This document shows positions 1-12,741 of a DNA stretch of 64,000 nucleotides, one piece after another. Source of the DNA: Eledone cirrhosa. Its lineage: Eukaryota. Each line of letters opens with the position of its first letter. The stretch's first letter is position 1. The position numbers and the translations under genes were made by a program. The DNA is taken from positions 12,834,001 to 12,898,000 of the forward strand of contig OZ024752.1 in assembly GCA_964016885.1 (NCBI GenBank), written 5' to 3'. Below the pieces are notes generated by a model, which was not told the DNA's origin, searched no databases, and was given only the letters and a program-made list of their open reading frames with translations.

Positions 1-279
1 GGTTGATAGAATAAAGTACCAGTAATACACTGGGGATAATTGCTGGCCTTGTGCCAAAAGTAGAAACAATATTATATTTACACACAAGGGCAGCACATTT
101 GGTGTTGGAAGAGAAAGTGAGCTATATTAACCCCAGTATTTGACTGGTATTTTAATTTATCAACATCAGAAGGATGAAAGGCAAAATTAATCTTGGCAGG
201 ATTTGAGAGCTGGAAAGAATACTACAAAGCATTCTATTCATTAATCAATCAGCTCTGCCAATTGGTGTTTCTGTATATA

Positions 280-715
280 ATAATTGTTTCTACTTTTAAC
301 ACAAGGCAAGCAACTATCCCAGTGTATAACTGGTACTTTATTTTATCGACCCCGTAAGGATGAAAGGCAAAGTTAACCTCGGCGGGATTTGAACTCAGAT
401 CATAATAATTGTTTCTACTTTTGCCACAAGGCCAGCAATTACCCAGTGTATTACTGGTACTTTATTTTATCGACCCCGTAAGGATGAAAGGCAAAGTTAA
501 CCTCGGCGGGATTTGAACTCAGATCATAATAATTGTTTCTACTTTTGCCACAAGGCCAGCAATTACCCAGTGTATTACTGGTACTTTATTTTATCGACCC
601 CGTAAGGATGAAAGGCAAAGCTAACCTCGGCGGGATTTGAACTCAGACTGTAAAGGGACATAACTATGCTGGAAAGCATGGCGTCCGACCCTCTACCGAT
701 ACTGCCAATTCACCG
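280..715 (-). mobile_element. tRNA-derived SINE, three tandem copies (about 123 bp period)
   Basis: A-box-like TGGCAGTATCGG and B-box-like GAGTTCAAATCC on minus strand; body gcctttcatccttacggggtcgataaaataaagtaccag; the family recurs more than 10 times in the window. Confidence 0.85.
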
Positions 716-1337
716 ATAATAATGATTACTGATTCAGGCATTACATTTTGGCGGAAGGGAAAGTCAATTATGGAGGAAGGCAACCTCTCTAGGAGAACTC
801 TCACTCTGAATAAAAATTAATGCAGGGTAGAGAAAAACCCTCCAATCCGATCAGACAACCTCCTTAGTGCAAGTGGCATGAAGTGAGCACCTAGTCCATG
901 CTATGAAGTGGTGATAGGAAGAGCATTCAGTCAGAAAACCTCTGCCCGGAAGTATGAACAACACAACATATAAGATTCACACTAATTGCTTAATTGCATC
1001 TACAGGACTAATGTTAGTTATGTTAGTGTTATGCATGGTAGTGGGTGTGATGTAACCTAGCTATGTGCAAACCCCCTTCAACCATTATTAAGCAGTTGCA
1101 CACCTATATTCCCTTTCAGATACACAGATCTACTACTACAGAATAACTTTCAGATAACAAATCTTGCCAACTATAACCCCAGCGATGTCGACCAAGTATA
1201 AAAGAACCTCATAAAAAAATCTTAACTTTACCCCCACATTTTCTATTCTTATTATTATCCATCTAACCCATGCTAGCAAGGAAGATAGACGTTAAATGAT
1301 GATGTTGAGGATGATGATGATTTATTTATTATTTCAG

Positions 1338-1495
1338 GAGGATTATTGCAAGAAAAACTGCAGTTCTGGTTCTTGCACAAGAGTCCAAGAGAATGGGACA
1401 TGCCCATGCTTACCAACATTTTTCAACGAATGTGACAATAAACCCTGTTTAAATGGGTCAACATGTCTCCAAAGTGGGAACTCCTATCGTTGCTT
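1338..1495 (+). CDS. Exon (first in window) of SVEP1/uninflatable-like EGF-LamG-HYR-sushi-GCC2_GCC3 membrane protein; EGF repeat
   Basis: tttcag acceptor, gtgagt donor; translates EDYCKKNCSSGSC...NECDNKPCLNGSTCLQSGNSYRC(L); ends phase 2. Confidence 0.85.
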
Positions 1496-1969
1496 GTGAG
1501 TTAAATGTCATTTCAATCTAAACAGAGAATCTATCATTGCTGTCATCATTATTAACTACCTCCATTATCAAACTGCTGCCATTCTTATTGTCATTAACAT
1601 CAATTCTAGATTATTGTTGTTGTTTAGTCTTACCATATCAATCCTGATTGATTAAAGACATTTCAACTGTCACCACCCAAGCTGTTTTTATAATTAGGAC
1701 TATGTTTTGAGCAAAATGCTCCCAGGAGTAAAACACAAGTCTTTGAATCTCTACTTTTAATCCCTTCACCTGTTTTGTGCCCTACATCATCATCATTATT
1801 GTTTAATGGCCATTAGAGGCATGTTGGATCAGGTGACTATGTCTTGCTCATATAGAATTGTTTCTGGTTGTGAGAGAAAATTAGTGGAACTTGTATCTTG
1901 TGATACTTATTCCAACTCTTTTTATTCTAATTTCTATCAAATACACATATATTATAATAATAAATTGTG

Positions 1970-2605
1970 GTGACACGGCAAAAAGTTCCCAGCCCTCACT
2001 GTAAAGTGGTCATGTAGGTGTCATGACAAAAAAGCACCCACTCCACACTGTAAAGTGGTCATGTAGGTGTCACATCAAAAAAGGCACTCAGTCCGCACTG
2101 TAAAGTGGCCGTGTAGGTGTCACAACAAAAAGTACCCAGTCCACACTGTAAAGTGGCCGGGTAGGTGTCACAACAAAAAGTACCCAGTCCACATTGTAAA
2201 GTGGTCGTGTAGGTGTCACAACAAAAAGTATCCAGTCCACACTGTAAAGTGGTCGTGTAGGTGTCACGACAAAAAAGGCACTCACTCCACACTGTAAAGT
2301 GGTTGTATAGCTGTCATGACAAAAAGTACCCAGCTCACACTCTACAGAGGTCGTGTAGGTGTCACAACAAAAAAGCACCCAGTCCACACTGTAAAGTGGT
2401 CAAGTATGTGTCACGACAAAAGGCACCTAGTACTCACTGTAAATAAGGCTGGAGGTAAGAAGGGCATCCAGCTGTAGAAACCAAGCCAGAATCAGTTCTG
2501 TATGAGCAAGACATGGTCACCTGATCTAGCTTTGCTCACAACAGGACAACCCATCTAACCCATGCTAACGTGGAAGAATGGATGTAAAACTGTGATGATG
2601 ATGAA
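1970..2605 (+). mobile_element. SINE-like element with internal 48-bp tandem array and RTE-type 3' tail ending (GAT)n
   Basis: About 10 units of cacccagtccacactgtaaagtggtcgtgtaggtgtcacgacaaaaag, then aagggcatccagctgtagaaa...catgctaacgtggaag...gatgatg. Confidence 0.75.
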
Positions 2606-3262
2606 TCAGGTTATCTTTGTTTTGTTATTGTCAAATATTTTGTTGCTGTCTTCATTTCACCACTTGTAGTGAAATGCTTTCTTTGAACACTATAAATAAT
2701 GGTTTCTACATTCTAAACATGGTGAACCTGTTGACCTTCCTAATCAGCCTAGAGATATGGTTTTTGACTTAGGCACAAAGCCAGCAAATTTGGGGGAGGG
2801 GGAAGTCGATTAAGTCGACCCCAGTGCATTACTGGTGCTTTATTTATCGACCCCGTAAAGATGAAAGGCAAAGCTAACCTAGGCAGGATTTGAAATCATT
2901 TATGCCCATCACTGTCTTTGACAGCATTTAGCCTTTTTAATGGCTGTTCTAGCGGCGAGTTTCCTCCTTTTTATTTGTATTCAAATACACTCTCGCTTCA
3001 TCTTGATCAGAGACAACATTGTTTTACCTTTAATGATAATAATGTTTCACAAGTTATTGTTTCCTTTGGACAACACCTGAAGTTTCACAAATGACTCTTA
3101 ACATCCTGTAGCACATGAAATCACATTAGCAAAATATTCTTGTAAAGCACAAAACAATACTATGGCTACATTACATTAAAAAGTAAATTATTTACTCTAA
3201 TACTGCACTTGTTCACAACAATCTCTCCGCTAGTAAAAACTCTATAAAAAAAAAAGGATAAA

Positions 3263-3570
3263 GACCCCTTTCAGTCATAAATGACCATGGTATTTGCACC
3301 TAGAAAGTTTCCCTCTGAGGCACAAGTCTGACCAAAGTTGTTTGTGGAAGACCAACAGTCACCCATTTATACCAGCCTCTCCTCTCCACACCACCAATGT
3401 TATCTAAGGGAAAGGCAATGGTCTATGCAGCTTGGCACTAGTGATACCACAACCCATTTCTACAGCTGAGTAAATGGTACAATATGAAATAAAGTGTCTT
3501 GCTCAAGGATACAACACATCACTCAGTCCAAGAATCGAACTTACAATATTCCGATTGCAAGTCCGAAACA
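3263..3570 (-). mobile_element. Second tRNA-derived SINE family
   Basis: Reverse complement of copies at about 26925-27180 and 38473-38612 (gtgtccttgagcaagacacttta core). Confidence 0.7.
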
Positions 3571-3698
3571 TTTAAATTAACTTATACCGTTTTTAGACAT
3601 TTTTTACTAAAATCATTTCAGGGTGTTAAAAGTTAAAAAAATTCTGACTGTTGTTATTTTGATTCCTTTCATCTTTTTGTTTTCATCTCTATTCCCAG

Positions 3699-3829
3699 AT
3701 GTTTACCTGGTTATTATGGAAAGAAATGTCAACATAAAATTGATACCTGCCAAACAGCAAACCATTGTATCGGCTCAAATAGCAGCTGCAAGATGATCAA
3801 TAATAAAGCTACTTGTATATGCCAGACAG
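3699..3829 (+). CDS. Exon, EGF repeat
   Basis: cccag/gtatag boundaries; CLPGYYGKKCQHKIDTCQTANHCIGSNSSCKMINNKATCICQT(G); phase 2 to 1 fits neighbours. Confidence 0.9.
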
Positions 3830-4064
3830 GTATAGTAATAACTGAATATTTTGTCATTTGTGTTCTATTTTTAATTTGATATTATCACAGGTAAACAAAT
3901 TGCTGAATAATGCTATAATCAATAAACTAGATAATTCAAATGTATGAATTAGGAAATATTCTATTGTAATGACAATAGAACTGCTTACAAAAACTAAACT
4001 AGCTGCTTATTGATTTGATTGTTAATTGAACAGAATGCCAACTGTGTCAAACTATCTGATAATT

Positions 4065-4450
4065 CAACCATGGCAGCTGTTAGCTAAACCTAGGTTACTG
4101 ATATCTCAACCATGGTGACTGATAGCTCAACCATGGTGACTGATAGCTCAACCATGGTTACTGATATCTCAACCATGGTGACTGATAGCTCATCCATGGT
4201 TACTGATATCTCAACCATGGTTACTGATATCTCAACCATGGTAACTGATAGCTCATTCATGGCGACTGATAGCTGAACCATGGCGACTGTTAGATCAACC
4301 ATGGTGACTGTTAGATCAACCATGGTTACTGATAGCTCAACCATGGTTACTGATAGCTCAACCATGGTTACTGATAGCTCAGCCATGGCGACTGTTAGAT
4401 CAACCATGGTGACTGTTAGATCAACCATGGTGACTGATAGCTCAACCATG
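4065..4450. repeat. 21-bp minisatellite
   Basis: Unit ctcaaccatggttactgatag, about 18 copies. Confidence 0.95.
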
Positions 4451-4598
4451 CAAACTGCAATTTGAACAAATTTCCATGATTTTTTTTCTCTCACAAAATA
4501 ATAATTAATTTCCTAAAATCAACAGAAAATTTATTTTAACGAAAAAAATAATTTTCCAAACTGAAAATTGTTGTTTTATAATTTTGATAATTTTCCAG

Positions 4599-4709
4599 GT
4601 TATGGTGGAGTGACCTGTCAAGATAAGACATTATGTTCTCCTGTCTCTTGTCAAAACGATGGCATCTGTTTGGAGAGGTCAAATAAAACCAGATGCATTT
4701 GTCCACTCG
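4599..4709 (+). CDS. Exon, EGF repeat
   Basis: ttccag/gtaggt; GYGGVTCQDKTLCSPVSCQNDGICLERSNKTRCICPL(G); phase 1 to 1. Confidence 0.9.
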
Positions 4710-5324
4710 GTAGGTATTAAGTGGTCTAAGTTAATTTTTCTTCTGCATGTAGAATCTTATAAATTTGAAATGTGTGCATCCCTACGCAAATAACCAAAAT
4801 AATTGTCAATCACTATAAATAATTGTTTCTGATTTAGGCACAAAGCCAATAATTTTAAAGGAGGGGAAATTCAATGAAATCAACCCCAGTGTGTTAATGG
4901 TACTGTATTTTATCAATTCCATAATGATGAAAGGCAAAGCTAAGCTTGGTGGGATTTGAACTCAGAATGTAAAGGGACATAACTCTATGCTGAAAAGCAT
5001 GTTGTCCGGTGCTAGGCTGATTCTGCCAATCGACCACACCCATCACTATAAATAATTGTGGAAATTAGGTAAAGTACATCTGGAGAAAGCAAAAGTAGAC
5101 AGATGTGCCAATGTAGAATTGCACCTCACATCTCACAGATGCTAGATGAATGTATTAACCAGTATACTAAAGAGCTGCTGGCTACCAGTTGCATCACTTT
5201 TTTAGAAGATTTTAAGCCTGTAGCTTGGCTGAAAACAAAGCAGTTGACTAAGATGGATTTGTTAAATTTTAAATTAGAAATGTGTGTCCAAACACAAATA
5301 TCCTTAATAATTGTTTCTACTTTT

Positions 5325-5541
5325 GGCTCAAGGCCAGCAATTGCCCCAGTGTATTACTGGTACTTTATTTTATCGATCCCATAAGGATGAAAGGCAAAGT
5401 TAACCTTGGTGGGATTTGAACTCAGATCAGTTACGGCCCTTTATGATCTGAATTCAAATCCCACCGAGGTGCCTTTCATCCTTACAGGGTCAATAAAATA
5501 AAGTACCAGTAATACACTGGCGTAATTGCTGGCCTTGTGCC
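5325..5541. repeat. Inverted repeat of SINE body
   Basis: 5325-5429 is the reverse complement of 5444-5541, with several mismatches and a small deletion. Confidence 0.85.
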
Positions 5542-6270
5542 AGATCACTATAAATAGTAGTTGAGAATATTGGATAAAGTACCACTTGAGTCAGAAAAAT
5601 ATGCAAAAAGCGCAGGATTGGATTAGATAAGAGTGTTCACAATATTTGCTTGAAAAAAATTATAATAATTCTCATCTCCTGATATCTTTTGTTGGTACTA
5701 GGAAGGATATTTACTGTATTGCCTTGGTCCAAAAATATATCTGATCTGTTTAACTCTTTAGTACAGTCTATCATTTGGTTTTCTATAGGGCTTATATTGG
5801 ATATTTTAGTTCTAGTGTTACCTCTAGGAAGTTGACATTGGTTAGATTAGTTTCTATAGTGAAAATGGTAGACAATGTCTTAAAATCTTTCAATATTATT
5901 TTATATAAGAACCTTACATTAAGTTACAATCTTAGTAATGAAATAATTAATAATTTTTGTAAATCCCTCAAAATTGTTCATTAATTAATTGAAATAAACT
6001 GTATTTCATTAGAAATGTGGTTATGAAAAGGTTAACATATGAAGTCCTTGTACCACATAAAACTACATTAGCAAGACATTCTTGAAAAATACAAAACACC
6101 AATATGACCGTAGCACATTAAAAGTTAAAGTCTTTAGTTTACTACACATTTTCACAACCTGCTGTGTTCAAACCTGCAGAGGAGATGGGCTCCACCAAAC
6201 TTAAAATGACCAAAGAAATGCTGTATGCCACTATAGTGCCCCTACAACTCCATCAGGAGTTATGGATCCA

Positions 6271-9200
6271 TACATACCATACCATACCACACCATACCAT
6301 ACCACACCATACCATACCATACCATGCCTTAGCATAAACCATACAATACTATGCCATGCCATACCACACCATACCACACCATACCACACCATACCATACC
6401 ACACCATACCATACTGTACCATACCATATCATACCATACCACACCACACCATACCATACCACACCATACCATACTGTACCATACCATATCATACCATACC
6501 ATACCACACCACACCATACCACACCATACCATACCACACCATACCATACTGTACCATACCATATCATACCATACCATACCTTAGCATAAACCATACAATA
6601 CAATTCCATGCCATGCCATACCACACCATACCATATCATACCATACCATACCACACCATACCATACCACACCATACCATATCATACCATACCATACCATA
6701 CCTTACCATACCTTAGCATAAACCATACAATACAATTCCATGCCATGCCATACCACACCATACCATATCATACCATACCATACCACACCATACCATACCA
6801 CACCATACCATATCATACCATACCATACCATACCTTACCATACCTTAGCATAAACCATACAATACAATTCCATGCCATGCCATACCACACCATACCATAT
6901 CATACCATACCATACCACACCATACCATACCACAGCATACTATATCATACCATACCATACCACACCATACCACACCATACCATATCATACCATACCATAC
7001 CACACCATACCATACCACAGCATACTATATCATACCATACCATACCACACCATACCATACCATACCATACCTTAGCATAAACCATACAATACTATGCCAT
7101 GCCATACCACACCATGCCACACCACACCATACCGTATCATACCATACCATACCATACCTTACCATACCTTAGCATAAACCATACAATACTATGCCATGCC
7201 ATACTATACCACACCATACCATACCATACCATACCACACCATACCATAACACACCATACCATACCACACCATACCATACCACACCATACCATACCGTATC
7301 ATACCATACCATACCATACCTTACCATACCTTAGCATAAACCATACAATACCATGCCATACTATACCACACCATACCATACCACACCATATCATACCATA
7401 CCACACCATACCATACCATACCTTACCATACCTTAGCATAAACCATACAATACTATACCATGCCATACTATACCATACCGTACCATACCATACCACACCA
7501 TACCATACCGTACCATACCATACCACACCATACCATACCATACCTTAGCATAAACCATACAATACTATGCCATGCCATACTATACCACACCATACCGTAC
7601 CATACCATACCACACCATACCATACCGTACCATACCATACCACACCATACCGTACCATACCATACCACACCATACCATACCATGCCAAACCATACAATAT
7701 GATATACCATAACATACCATATACCATAGCACACCATACCTTACCATACCATGCCATGCCATATACCATACCATGCCATCCCACCCCATACCTTACCATA
7801 TCATTCCATACCATACCATATACCATACCTTACCATACTCTGCCATGCCATAGCTTACCATACCATACTATGCCATATCATACCATACAATACCATACCA
7901 TACAATACCATGCCATACCATACAATACGATACCATGCCATGCCATACAATACCATACTATTCCATGCCATACAATACCATGCCATACCATGTCATACCA
8001 TACCATGCCATACCATACCATGCCATACAATACCATACCATGCCATACCATGCCATGCCATACCATACCATTCCATACCATGCCATACAATACCATACCA
8101 TGCCATACAATACCATGCCATACAATACCATACCATGCCATACAATACCATGCCATGCCATGCCATGCCATACAATACCATACCATGCCATACCATACCA
8201 TACCATGCCATACAATACCATACCATGCCATACAATACCATACCATGCCATACAATACCATACCATGCCATGCCATACCATGCCATGCCATGCCATACCA
8301 TGCCATACCATACCATGCCATGCCATGCCATACAATACCATGCCATACCATGCCATACCATGCCATACCATACCATACCATACCATGCCATACGATACCA
8401 TGCCATGCCATACAATACCATGCCATGCCATGCCATACCATGCCATACCATGCCATGCCATGCCATGCCATACCATGCCATGCCATGCCATACCATGCCA
8501 TGCCATACCATACCATGCCATGCCATACCATGCCATACCATGCCATACCATGCCATACCATGCCATACCATACCATGCCATACCATACCATGCCATGCCA
8601 TGCCATACCATAACATGCCATACCATGCCATACCATACCATGCCATGCCATGCCATACCATACCATGCCATGCCATGCCATACCATGCCATACCATGCCA
8701 TACCATGCCATGCCATGCCATGCCATACCATTCCATGCCATACCATACCATACCATGCCATACCATACCATGCCATACCATGCCATGCCATGCCATACCA
8801 TTCCATGCCATACCATACCATGCCATGCCATGCCATACCATGCCATGCCATGCCATACCATACCATGCCATACCATGCCATGCCATGCCATGCCATACCA
8901 TACCATGCCATGCCATACAATACCATACCATGCCATACCATGCCATACCATGCCATGCCATACCATACCATGCCATGCCATGCCATGCCATGCCATACCA
9001 TGCCATACCATGCCATGCCATGCCATGCCATACCATGCCATACCATACCATACCATACCATACCATGCCATGCCATACCATGCCATACCATACCATACCA
9101 TGCCATGCCATACAATACCATGCCATACCATGCCATGCCATACAATACCATGCCATACCATACCATGCCATACAATACCATACCATGCCATACCATGCCA

Positions 9201-10005
9201 TGTCATACCATGCCATACCATGCCATACCATACCATACCATGCCATACCATACCATACCATGCCATGCCATGCCATACCATGCCATGCCATACCATGCCA
9301 TGCCATACCATACCATGCCATGCCATGCCATACCATGCCATACCATGCCATACCATGCCATACCATACCATGCCATACCATGCCATGTCATACCATGCCA
9401 TGCCATGCCATACCATACCATGCCATACCATACCATGCCATGCCATGCCATGCCATGCCATACCATGCCATGCCATACCATGCCATACCATACCATGCCA
9501 TGCCATGCCATGCCATACCATGCCATACCATGCCATACCATACCATGTCATGTCATACCATGCCATGCCATGCCATACCATGCCATGCCATACCATGCCA
9601 TACCATGCCATGCCATACCATGCCATGCCATACCATACCATGCCATGCCATGCCATGCCATACCATGCCATACCATGCCATACCATGCCATGTCATACCA
9701 TGCCATACCATACCATGCCATACCATGCCATGCCATACCATACCATGCCATGCCATACCATACCATGCCATGCCATGCCATGCCATGCCATACCATACCA
9801 TACCATGCCATACCATGCCATGCCATACCATGCCATGCCATACCATACCATGCCATGCCATACCATGCCATGCCATGCCATACCATGCCATGCCATACCA
9901 TGCCATGCCATGCCATACCATACCATACCATGCCATGCCATGCCATACCATGCCATGCCATGCCATGCCATGCCATACCATGCCATGCCATGCCATACCA
10001 TGCCA
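6271..10005. repeat. Pentanucleotide satellite (CCATA/CCACA/CCATG)n
   Basis: About 3.7 kb of 5-bp units. Confidence 0.98.
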
Positions 10006-10104
10006 AGATTAGAAGTTCAATATTTAATTACTGGTCTACCAAATATAAACAAAATCTTTGAGTACGTGAAAGATAGGAAAAGATTCAAGAGATACTTGTG
10101 TTTT

Positions 10105-10637
10105 ACAGCTTCCATTGTCTCCTCTTGTCCTTTTCTTAGCCATAATCTGCCTCCTACTGGCCTCCTGCAGTACAGCTTCCATTGTCTCCTCTTGTCCTTT
10201 TCTTAGCCATAATCTGCCTCCTACTGGCCTCCTGCAGTACAGCTTCCATTGTCTCCTCTTGTCCTTTTCTTAGCCATAATCTGCCTCCTACTGGCCTCCT
10301 GCAGTACAGCTTCCATTGTCTCCTCTTGTCCTTTTCTTAGCCATAATCTGCCTCCTACTGGCCTCCTGCAGTACAGCTTCCATTGTCTCCTCTTGTCCTT
10401 TTCTTAGCCATAATCTGCCTCCCACTGGCCTCCTGCAGTACAGCTTCCATTGTCTCCTCTTGTCCTTTTCTTAGCCATAATCTGCCTCCTACTGGCCTCC
10501 TGCAGTACAGCTTCCATTGTCTCCTCTTGTCCTTTTCTTAGCCATAATCTGCCTCCTACTGGCCTCCTGCAGTACAGCTTCCATTGTCTCCTCTTGTCCT
10601 TTTCTTAGCCATAATCTGACCCCTACTGGCCTCCTCC
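10105..10637. repeat. 67-bp tandem repeat
   Basis: About 8 near-identical copies of acagcttccattgtctcc...ggcctcctgcagt. Confidence 0.95.
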
Positions 10638-10771
10638 TATATTTGAAATTTTATTTTTATTTTATTCTATTTTTTTCCCTTCTTTAATTTAGTAAACAAA
10701 ATTTCTTTATGACTTGTCTCACTACCAACTGTTAGGAGTACTCAATACACTTCATACAGTTTAGTCACAAT

Positions 10772-10962
10772 ATAATTGTTTCTACTTTTGGCACAAGGCC
10801 AGCAATTAACCAGTGCATTACTGGTACTTTATTTTATCTACCCCGTAAGGATGAAAGGCAAAGTTAACCTCGGCGGGATTTGAATTCAGAATGGCAAGGG
10901 CCGTAACTCTGTGCGTCAAAGCATGGCGTCCGACCCTCTACCGATACTGCCAATCCACTGCC
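10772..10962 (-). mobile_element. tRNA-derived SINE, full-length copy
   Basis: Same family as 280-715; further copies at about 11430-11620(+), 21035-21213(+), 23790-23975(-), 34730-34920(-), 39940-40115(+), 47830-48012(+), 49167-49352(+). Confidence 0.85.
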
Positions 10963-11652
10963 ATAGTCACAATATAATTAACAGTCTAATACCTAACTAT
11001 AACTAACAAGACTAATACCAACAACTCTATATTGGTAAAACAATCTTCTCTGCTCCAACTCTAGCTCCCCACCCTCTCTCTCGTCCGTGTTCTAATGAAA
11101 AAGAAATATATCATATCAGTGTATCACACTGCTAAATACTAAGAATTCTTCTATGTTTCATTCCTCCCCAAGTTTGTCATGGCTTACTAGCTCTATACGG
11201 ACGTTTAAATTGATTAGATGAATAAATAGCATACTTACCAGACGCAGTAGAGGACGACTACGAAAGGGATGGGCAGAGGGGGTGAGATCTGATCCCAGAT
11301 TGCTGAAACTCACAGAGGAGATGACGAAGGATCATGACAAATGAAGAGATGATGTGCTGAAGAGGACCTATCCCACCCTTGCAAACAGGCAAAAGTGGAC
11401 GTGAAATGATGTTGATGTTGATGTTGTATCGGTGGTGGATTGGCAGTATTGGTAGAGGGTCGGACGCCATACTTTGCAAGCAAAGAGTTACATCCCTTTA
11501 TGGTCTAAGTTCAAATACCACCGAGGTTAACTTTGCTTTTCATCCTTACGGGGTCGATAAAATAAAGTACCAGTAATACACTGGGATAATTGCTGGCCTT
11601 GTGCCAAAAGTAGAAACAGTTATTAGAGAATATCTCTCTCTCTTTGTTATAG

Positions 11653-11787
11653 GATTTACTGGTGAAGTTTGTGAGGATGTCATTAGTCCATGTTCCAAAA
11701 AATGTACAGGAAAAATATGTGAAGTAAGGGATCATGAAGCTGTCTGTTTGTGTCCTGCAGATAAATGGGGAATCCAGTGTCTCTCAG
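11653..11787 (+). CDS. Exon, EGF repeat
   Basis: ttatag/gtaacc; GFTGEVCEDVISPCSKKCTGKICEVRDHEAVCLCPADKWGIQCLS; phase 1 to 1. Confidence 0.9.
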
Positions 11788-12190
11788 GTAACCCTTCTTC
11801 TTCTTCTCCTTCTCCTCCTCCTCCTCCTCCTCCTCCTCCTCCTCCTTCTACCTGTTGACTGCAGTGTATATTTTACACAGCTACAGTTGCTGTGCCAGGT
11901 TTTATTTTAGTAAAATGACTTATTTTGACTGACAAACATCACATCAATAAACTAGTAATTCCATCTAACTTTGAAGTTATGAACTGTTGGAAACATGTTA
12001 GGACAAGTTATCTCGTCTATGGCACTGAAGAGGTTAATGGAACTTGTACAACAATTTTTAATATATACACCCACCCTGAAAACCCTCCCCCACCAACACA
12101 GACAGACAGACAGACAGAGAGACACACATGAAAGCAGTAAAGACTATACCTGAAGCCACAAAAAGATTCAGCTTAATCTTAATCTTACAG

Positions 12191-12377
12191 ATCTTCCGTA
12201 CAGAAGTGACCTAGTATTTCCGCAATTCAAAGGGTATTTTATACCAATGTATCCACCTGAGTTTAGTCTGCTCAAAAATGACCAGTTGATCATGACCTTC
12301 TGGATAAAGTATTCCTATAAAGACATGAACAAGAAGCAGCAGGGATCAGCGACAAGTATATGTCTTTATGGATCAAA
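12191..12377 (+). CDS. Exon, start of LamG/pentraxin-like domain
   Basis: ttacag/gtaagc; DLPYRSDLVFPQFKGYFIPMYPPEFSLLKNDQLIMTFWIKY...; phase 1 to 2. Confidence 0.85.
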
Positions 12378-12741
12378 GTAAGCCATATTTCTTTTGTTTG
12401 TTTGTTTTTTTCTTCTCATTTATATATCATCATCATCATTGTTGTTTAGTGTCCATTCTTCCATGCTCGCATGGGTTAGATGAGTTGTCCACACCAGGAG
12501 GCTAAATCTGGCCAGAGTTGACCATGCCACATCTAGCTCCGGTGAGAACTGTAAATTTGGCCGGGTATTTTAAAGCTGGATGCACTTCCTAACACCAACC
12601 ATATTTATAGTGTAGAACTGGATGGCCCAATTATGAGGAGAGAAAGACCAGTTGGCCTAGCTGAACCTGTCTCACAGTGAAGCCATATTTTTGGAATCTG
12701 ACCCATCTCACAGCGTAAATAAGACCGTTATTGCTCTAAAC

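Noticed and set aside
6262-10206. Long ORFs up to 753 aa (PYHTI/MPCHA repeats)
   Set aside because: Stop-free translation of a pentamer satellite in many frames on both strands.
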